From positions 1 to 64,000 of IMG/VR virus record IMGVR_UViG_3300029904_000006: 64,000 nucleotides of DNA; one strand, 5' to 3'. The position numbers were made by a program, and so were the translations under genes. A model generated the notes under the pieces. It was given only the letters and a program-made list of their open reading frames with translations. It searched no databases and had not been told where the DNA came from. Below, piece after piece: positions 59,651-64,000 of the stretch (positions within the stretch are counted from its first letter, which is position 1; every line of letters starts with the position of its first letter). The DNA is from a virus.

Positions 59651-60175
59651 TTAATCTTTTAGTTGATTATAATAATCTTCAAATTCTTGAGAATAAGGAA
59701 CTTCTTTTAATCCTCTAATAGAAAAAATAAACATTTCAGCATAAGCACGTCCTAATTTCTTATATAATTCATCATAACGCTTTTTATTATTACGACGAAT
59801 TTTAGTCATAATCAATTTTTCAGCATCAGCTTTATCCATCTCTTGACCAAATTCATGAACAATATCTTTAACGTGTTGTTTATAATCATTCTTAGACATA
59901 TTCTTTCTCATAAGAGATAGATGCAGTTTAGCATCACGTAACTTACGTTTAATAGGATTAATTCTAAGACAACCAATAAATGGAAGAGAAACAGTTTTCA
60001 TTTCTCTAATTGCAAAAGCAGCATCTTTTTCAAGATTAGTAATAATGGACTCACAAAGTAAACGCTCATCTTCATCATTAAAGTCCATATCATTAAGAAT
60101 ATTATTTATATCCTTACTTATAATGACATAATTTTCTCCAATGTCAGCAACCTCAAATTGTACTTCATCATTCAT
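59651..60175 (-). CDS. 174-aa protein, function unknown
   Basis: ORF track. It is the first gene after a 124-nt intergenic region carrying a motif copy. Confidence 0.8.
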   Translation of the reverse strand: MNDEVQFEVADIGENYVIISKDINNILNDMDFNDEDERLLCESIITNLEKDAAFAIREMKTVSLPFIGCLRINPIKRKLRDAKLHLSLMRKNMSKNDYKQHVKDIVHEFGQEMDKADAEKLIMTKIRRNNKKRYDELYKKLGRAYAEMFIFSIRGLKEVPYSQEFEDYYNQLKD

Positions 60176-60246
60176 AAGCTAAGAATTATTAGTAATAGCA
60201 AATAGAGCAGATACAGTAATTATAGCCAATACTGCCAACAACTCTG

Positions 60247-60255
60247 CCCGTAGAG
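60247..60255 (+). repeat. CCCGTAGAG-family motif copy (plus), intergenic; left arm of a 16-bp inverted pair
   Basis: caACTCTGCCCGTAGAGGaata (16-mer at 60241-60256), 71 nt before the ATG at 60175. Confidence 0.95.
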
Positions 60256-60299
60256 GAATAACTATTGAATATCACCTCTCCATTTGCTTTATATTATTC

Positions 60300-60845
60300 T
60301 TAATTAAGATTACTATCATAAATTACAAACGGGTCAATACCATTAGCTTCACGAGGAACAGTAGCCTTAATATCTGATACAGGAACAATCTTAAATTCAA
60401 GAACAATAATATTATCACGTTTAGTCATATCCTTAAAGATAGGATTAGAACGAGTTATAATAGATTTTGTCAAAGCCTCATCAGAAGCTAAATAGTTACG
60501 AGCATTATCAGTGCTAATCATAACAGGAAGACTAAGATGAGTTCCCATTTCCAAAGCACTACGACTAATAATAACTTTATCGCTTACAGCAGCATTTGTT
60601 TCAACAGCATCTTCTTCTGAAATCTTAGCCAAAACCGGAACAACAGAAATACTGTGTTCTTTCTTGCTATTCATAGCAACGACAAAATCAAAAAGACGAG
60701 TTTTAAAACACAAAGCAATAATACAATAATGTTTAGGCAATTTAACTTGCTCTGTAATACTCGTTAAAACTTCAGGTGTTAGTTCATCAACAGAAGTAGG
60801 AAAATTAATTCCATAAGACTTCTTTTCGCTTTTAATTTGAATCAT
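60300..60845 (-). CDS. 181-aa protein, function unknown
   Basis: ORF track; bracketed by the inverted motif pair. Confidence 0.8.
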   Translation of the reverse strand: MIQIKSEKKSYGINFPTSVDELTPEVLTSITEQVKLPKHYCIIALCFKTRLFDFVVAMNSKKEHSISVVPVLAKISEEDAVETNAAVSDKVIISRSALEMGTHLSLPVMISTDNARNYLASDEALTKSIITRSNPIFKDMTKRDNIIVLEFKIVPVSDIKATVPREANGIDPFVIYDSNLN

Positions 60846-60884
60846 AATTTGATTAATAAATAAAACATTAATAAGAGCAGGATG

Positions 60885-61025
60885 TTACAATAATTCTCCC
60901 TCTACGGGCAGAGTGCTATGAACTCCAACAGCAATATCTGCAACATCGGCAGGACTAAAAATAATAACACGAGGTGGATTAATAGTTCCAGCTCCACCTA
61001 CTTTAAGAAACTCAACTTCATTCAT
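60885..61025 (-). CDS. 46-aa small ORF (not in track)
   Basis: Hand translation gives MNEVEFLKVGGAGTINPPRVIIFSPADVADIAVGVHSTLPVEGELL. It uses typical genome codons and ends 39 nt before the next ATG. Its 3' end is built on a motif copy (LPVEG frame). Confidence 0.45.
   Translation of the reverse strand: MNEVEFLKVGGAGTINPPRVIIFSPADVADIAVGVHSTLPVEGELL
60900..60908 (-). repeat. CCCGTAGAG-family motif copy, long form (minus); right arm of the inverted pair
   Basis: Plus strand tcccTCTACGGGcagagtgc (16-mer at 60899-60914); reverse complement GCACTCTGCCCGTAGAGGGAG. Confidence 0.95.
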
Positions 61026-61133
61026 AATAAAAACTGTTTTATAATTAATAACAGCACTAATATAATAATACTTAGTATAAGTACCAAATACATTATAAGT
61101 TTTAGCAGCACTATAACATATACTGCCTTATAT

Positions 61134-61207
61134 CACACGTACACACATATATACGCACGCATACGCATACGCGCATACATACGCACATACGTATGTACAC
61201 ACACGCG
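61134..61207. repeat. 74-nt perfect alternating pyrimidine-purine tract (CA/CG/TA steps; Z-DNA-prone)
   Basis: cacacgtacacacatatatacgcacgcatacgcatacgcgcatacatacgcacatacgtatgtacacacacgcg. Checked base by base; the Y-R alternation is unbroken. Confidence 0.9.
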
Positions 61208-61210
61208 ATA

Positions 61211-61274
61211 AGTAGTATATAATATAATATATATTATGTAATAATATATATTATATATTATATTATATACTACT
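61211..61274. repeat. AT-only near-perfect palindrome (27-nt arms, 3-nt spacer, 7-nt insertion in the right arm)
   Basis: The left arm agtagtatataatataatatatattat (61211-61237) is the reverse complement of the right arm (61241-61274), except for an inserted attatat. Confidence 0.85.
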
Positions 61275-61312
61275 AATAATATAATTATATATAATACTAT
61301 ATTAAGCATGAC

Positions 61313-61753
61313 CTATAATTTAATCTTAGGTGAAGTAACTTCTGGATTAACTTCTATAACAAAAAACTTAGCTTTAGCAATAGCTTTTAAATCAGCAGCA
61401 ACAGTAATAGAAGGACGAAGTTCTTTAGCACCGCTACCATAAATAAGTTTCTTATCTCTAAGATTAGCAATAGCCCTTGCAACAGTAGCAGTACTTTTAT
61501 TAATAACTTTTGCAACGGCAGCACAAACTTCTCTACTAAGAGCAGTATTATCGTTAATTATAACATATTTAAGAACAGCAGTTTCAGCTTCTTCAAGATG
61601 ATGTATACCAGCTATAATAGCAATATATTTATCAATAGTAGAATTATTATCAATAAGTATAAATCTAACAATCTCATCACTATTAGCAACATGATTATTA
61701 GATTTATCTACATACATAGCAGCATTAATACGATTATCAATAACTATATTCAT
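61313..61753 (-). CDS. 146-aa winged-HTH DNA-binding protein (first gene of the minus-strand block)
   Basis: ORF track. LSREVCAAVAKVINKSTATVARAIANLRDKKLIYG follows the MarR-like helix-turn-helix pattern. Confidence 0.55.
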   Translation of the reverse strand: MNIVIDNRINAAMYVDKSNNHVANSDEIVRFILIDNNSTIDKYIAIIAGIHHLEEAETAVLKYVIINDNTALSREVCAAVAKVINKSTATVARAIANLRDKKLIYGSGAKELRPSITVAADLKAIAKAKFFVIEVNPEVTSPKIKL

Positions 61754-61857
61754 AATAACAAAATTTGCACACTAATATAACAAATTTTATCCAAATCGCA
61801 AGGATATTCAAAATTTTATTATATATTTATAGTCAAAATGTTAATATTAATGTTGGT
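61754..61857. promoter_or_regulatory. divergent control region between two HTH genes with four CAAAWTTT words
   Basis: CAAAATTT at 61759, CAAATTTT at 61781, CAAAATTTT at 61809 and CAAAATGTT at 61834, spaced 22-28 nt apart. No exact TAnnTTTG box found. Confidence 0.4.
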
Positions 61858-62148
61858 ATGAATAATAAAGTTACTATTAATCCTAAAGCTATTCTTAAAT
61901 ATGACTTTAGACATATATTTACTTATAAACTTCTTTATCATATTATGGTAAATTATAATACTGGTCTTTGTAGAGTTTATCTTAATAGAAAAGAACTTGT
62001 TGAAAAATATAATGTTAGTGATTATAGTATTATTAAAGCTATAGGAGAGCTTGTAAATAATAATATTATTAATTCATATTCTTATTGTGTAGATTGGTAT
62101 GTTGTTAATAAAAAAGTATTTATTAATTTTGTAAAAGATACAATATGA
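61858..62148 (+). CDS. 96-aa winged-HTH DNA-binding protein
   Basis: The track ORF 61765..62148 begins at a TTG. I prefer the ATG at 61858 (MNNKVTINPK...). LNRKELVEKYNVSDYSIIKAIGELVNNNII is HTH-like. Confidence 0.5.
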   Translation: MNNKVTINPKAILKYDFRHIFTYKLLYHIMVNYNTGLCRVYLNRKELVEKYNVSDYSIIKAIGELVNNNIINSYSYCVDWYVVNKKVFINFVKDTI

Positions 62149-62462
62149 TTACTAAAGTAAAAGAAACTAAGGATACTATTACTTATTTAGTTGATAGTAT
62201 TGGTCGAATAGAGATTAAGAAGAATTACAAATATAATGAACTTCTTAGTTATCCTGTTGCTAAAATTCGTGAAACAGATACAGATATTACTTATCGTATG
62301 CCTGATGAAATGCTTTGTACTGTTTCTAAAGAACTTCAAATTTCTATTAAAGAAGTTATTATTAGATATTATATTCTGAAAACTTTTTGGGATAATAATA
62401 TCTATATTGAAAGTAGTAAATATCAGTTTAGACATCCTAATAATATTAGACCTAAATCATGA
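62145..62462 (+). CDS. 105-aa protein, function unknown
   Basis: ORF track; ATGA start/stop overlap with the upstream gene. Confidence 0.7.
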   Translation: MITKVKETKDTITYLVDSIGRIEIKKNYKYNELLSYPVAKIRETDTDITYRMPDEMLCTVSKELQISIKEVIIRYYILKTFWDNNIYIESSKYQFRHPNNIRPKS

Positions 62463-62479
62463 ATAATAAATAATGAACA

Positions 62480-62668
62480 ATGGCTATTACTAAAGTATAT
62501 GAAGTTACTTGTGATAAATGCTGTCAAGTTATAAATCATTATATTCATTATAAACCAAGTTTAAAAGAACTTCGTAAAGATAGTGGACGAGTTAGAATTA
62601 ATAATGGCAAAATAATTACTATTTGTGAGGATTGTACTAAAAGAGAAGTTGATGGAGAAGCTGAATAA
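62480..62668 (+). CDS. 62-aa zinc-ribbon protein
   Basis: ORF track; CDKC ... CEDC Cys pairs. Confidence 0.6.
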   Translation: MAITKVYEVTCDKCCQVINHYIHYKPSLKELRKDSGRVRINNGKIITICEDCTKREVDGEAE

Positions 62669-62686
62669 GTTTCTCCTTTTTATTTT
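62654..62686 (+). terminator. possible intrinsic terminator of the three-gene plus-strand unit
   Basis: ggagaa/ttctcc 6-bp stem with an 11-nt loop, followed by tttttatttt. The stem is weak. Confidence 0.4.
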
Positions 62687-62690
62687 ATAA

Positions 62691-63100
62691 GAGTTGAAAG
62701 ATGCAATAAAGAAAAAGAAAAAAAAAGAGAAAGAAGTGTTATTAATAATGATATTAAAAGAAGAGAATAAAAGGGTTATGCTATAAATGAAGATAAGAAA
62801 GATAATGGGATTTGTGAAATAGATAAATAACTGGGAAAAGAAGAGAAAGAAGATAGTGGTATAGAAAATTTGGTAAGTGAATGAGATACAGGAGATTAAA
62901 TTATTGTTGTTTATAAAGGAGAATAATAGGTTTTAGATGAGAGATAAAATGAGATTAAACATATGAGGAAATAAAAGGGAGAATATAGGGTTATAGAAAA
63001 AGATGAATATAAAGAAAATAAAGAAGAAGATAAAGGAAAAGATAAAAGAAGAGATAAAGGAGTAGATTATGCGGATATAAAAAATTAAATATATTAGCGA
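62691..63100 (+). repeat. C-depleted, A/G-rich non-coding spacer with AGATAAA-type repeats
   Basis: I count 7 C in 410 nt. AGATAAARG occurs at 63028, 63040 and 63052 (12-nt period), with further copies at 62821 and 62942. AATAAAAGGG..GGGTTAT..GATGAA blocks occur at about 62766 and about 62969. Stops are present in all frames. Confidence 0.8.
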
Positions 63101-63122
63101 GATACGGGAGGTATTACTATGA

Positions 63123-63158
63123 ACCCCCGGGGGGTCGAAGTGCGTCTTGAATACCCCC
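63123..63158 (+). promoter_or_regulatory. GC-rich palindrome / alternative hairpin element
   Basis: acccccggggggt (63123-63135). gggggt (63130-63135) can alternatively pair with accccc (63153-63158). It is the only strongly GC-rich patch in this region, about 120-150 nt upstream of the ATG at 63275. Confidence 0.5.
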
Positions 63159-63274
63159 GTCAATCAGCTGCTGAAAATAGTTTTCGAGCGATATATAAAT
63201 ATAGTTATAAAAATATTTCTACACCTAACAATACATAACTTTATAAACATTGCTAAACATAAATAGTTATTGAT

Positions 63275-63514
63275 ATGAATAAAATTGAATCTTGGATTGA
63301 TATTCATTTTGATGAGTTGACATCAACAAAGACATTGTTTGTAGTATTCTCAGTTGTACTGAACATCATCTTGCTATGGGGTTCTCATCATCTTATAGTT
63401 CACTCTGATATTGCTCATAGATATATACAAGAGCTTGAAGAACAAGTTGGTGATGTACTTATGGATACAGTTGGTAGTGGTGATGCTTATGCTGATTACT
63501 ATGACTATGAATAA
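63275..63514 (+). CDS. 79-aa membrane protein, function unknown
   Basis: ORF track. The TM segment is TLFVVFSVVLNIILLWGS and the C-terminus is acidic. Confidence 0.6.
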   Translation: MNKIESWIDIHFDELTSTKTLFVVFSVVLNIILLWGSHHLIVHSDIAHRYIQELEEQVGDVLMDTVGSGDAYADYYDYE

Positions 63515-63614
63515 AATGAAGATAAACTGGGATAAAGTGCTGGGAATTATACTTCTGGCACTTATAGTTTTATACTTCTTATGGACAATGTTCTATATCG
63601 CTGTAAAGTGGTGA
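63501..63614 (+). CDS. 37-aa hydrophobic peptide
   Basis: This is the tail of track ORF 63411..63614. A plausible start is the ATG at 63501, 63507 or 63516, overlapping the upstream stop. Sequence: MTMNKMKINWDKVLGIILLALIVLYFLWTMFYIAVKW. Confidence 0.35.
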   Translation: MTMNKMKINWDKVLGIILLALIVLYFLWTMFYIAVKW

Positions 63615-63756
63615 CTAATATAACTATTGCTATTATAGCAATAGCTTATGTTAATCACGTTACCTAAACTAACATAACTTATAAAACTTTGCATTGTGCT
63701 CGGAGGTGCATAAACTAATAAAGCTGTAAAGGCAGCTATTCGAGCTATTTTTCGTT

Positions 63757-63999
63757 ATGACAACACGTGCTAAGAAATCAGGTAATGCAGCTGTTGCTGC
63801 TCAAGATGCCAATCTTCAGGCTGGTGTACAACTTCCAGAGGAAAATACTACTGCTATTCAGAATGCTACTACTAATGATGTAGAAGATGACAGTTTCTCT
63901 TGGGACGGTATTATGGAAGATGTTGAGTCTGGTAAGACTCGCGATGACATCATTCGTGAATGTCTTGCAGATAATAAACATTTTCGTCGTGTGAATAAT
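63757..63999 (+). CDS. 5' part of a plus-strand gene running off the right edge, function unknown
   Basis: Hand translation from the ATG at 63757 gives MTTRAKKSGNAAVAAQDANLQAGVQLPEENTTAIQNATTNDVEDDSFSWDGIMEDVESGKTRDDIIRECLADNKHFRRVNN, with no stop before 64000. It is not in the track because it is open-ended. Confidence 0.6.
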   Translation, partial: MTTRAKKSGNAAVAAQDANLQAGVQLPEENTTAIQNATTNDVEDDSFSWDGIMEDVESGKTRDDIIRECLADNKHFRRVNN

Positions 64000-64000
64000 C

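Noticed and set aside
320-60000. Dozens of plus-strand ORFs in the track (for example 791..1420, 5651..6358, 13753..14301, 30426..31166, 51616..52599)
   Set aside because: They are I/S/F/N/K-rich low-complexity translations lying antisense to long, protein-like minus-strand ORFs. This is the usual artefact in AT-rich DNA, where reverse-complemented codons rarely give stops. The short L-rich minus-strand ORFs are off-frame artefacts of the same genes.
60176-60299. Possible 34-aa hydrophobic peptide MERWYSIVIPLRAELLAVLAIITVSALFAITNNS in the intergenic region if TGA were read as Trp
   Set aside because: It needs TGA read-through, and every other gene in the window uses TGA as a stop. Without recoding only an about 20-codon non-ATG fragment remains.
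508-60908. Motif pairs as invertase/shufflon recombination sites (the first ten copies alternate in orientation)
   Set aside because: Most copies lie inside essential-looking genes, so inversion between them would destroy both genes. No recombinase gene is present in the window. The alternation depends on including the degenerate 7178 copy. Only the 60241/60899 pair, which brackets a whole gene, is kept as a separate finding.
60918-61211. Track ORF 60918..61211 (+), 97 aa ending ...THIYARIRIRAYIRTYVCTHTR
   Set aside because: Its C-terminal half is just the translation of the alternating pyrimidine-purine tract. Its N-terminal half is antisense to the 46-aa minus ORF, and it has atypical composition.
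61765-61857. TTG start at 61765 for the first plus-strand gene (track version, 127 aa)
   Set aside because: The N-terminal 31 residues are low-complexity and would occupy the whole divergent control region. The ATG at 61858 gives a compact HTH protein. The TTG start cannot be fully excluded.
62933-63163. Track ORF 62933..63163 (-), 76 aa, F/I/S-rich
   Set aside because: It is the reverse-strand translation of the C-depleted purine-rich spacer. It is pure low complexity with no start context.
1-64000. tRNA, rRNA, CRISPR arrays, integrase or transposase genes
   Set aside because: No T-arm/anticodon-arm-like structures, no direct repeat-spacer arrays and no recombinase-like ORFs were found on reading both strands. 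The GC-rich patch at 63100-63160 does not fold as a tRNA cloverleaf.

Overview
This is an AT-rich (about 30% GC by eye) dsDNA phage segment. Its gene order and hallmark proteins match a crAss-like (Crassvirales) phage of Bacteroidota; family recognition is from memory, since no search was possible. From about 61.75 kb down to position 1, everything is encoded on the minus strand in one tightly packed block. In transcription order the block holds: small unknown genes, a PD-(D/E)XK nuclease, a lysis cassette (GH108 muramidase plus membrane proteins), TerL, portal, a scaffold-like protein, the major capsid protein, head/neck proteins and a tail-fibre cluster (collagen-like repeats, CBM5/12-like modules, a shared N-terminal adaptor). 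These are followed by large tail/cargo-type proteins, including a 2562-aa multidomain protein, and a >3348-codon ORF. That last ORF is missing from the supplied track because it never terminates inside the window. It carries a beta-prime-like DPBB 'RxPT...DFDVD' signature, which marks it as the crAss-type virion RNA polymerase. At 61.3-62.1 kb two divergent HTH genes mark the switch to small plus-strand (early-type) genes. The switch is surrounded by unusual non-coding DNA: a 74-nt perfect pyrimidine-purine alternating tract, a ~64-nt AT palindrome, a ~410-nt C-depleted repeat-rich spacer and a C5G6 palindrome. No rRNA, tRNA, CRISPR array, integrase or transposase was seen. The most interesting signal is a GC-rich motif with core CCCGTAGAG and extended form GCACTCYGCCCGTAGAGGGA. 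It is present about 16 times on both strands, inside unrelated genes (always in a permissive frame, using codons rare for this genome) and at the edges of the long intergenic regions. It looks selected at the DNA/RNA level and I cannot assign it to any known element class. Nearly all plus-strand ORFs listed left of 61.7 kb are antisense artefacts.
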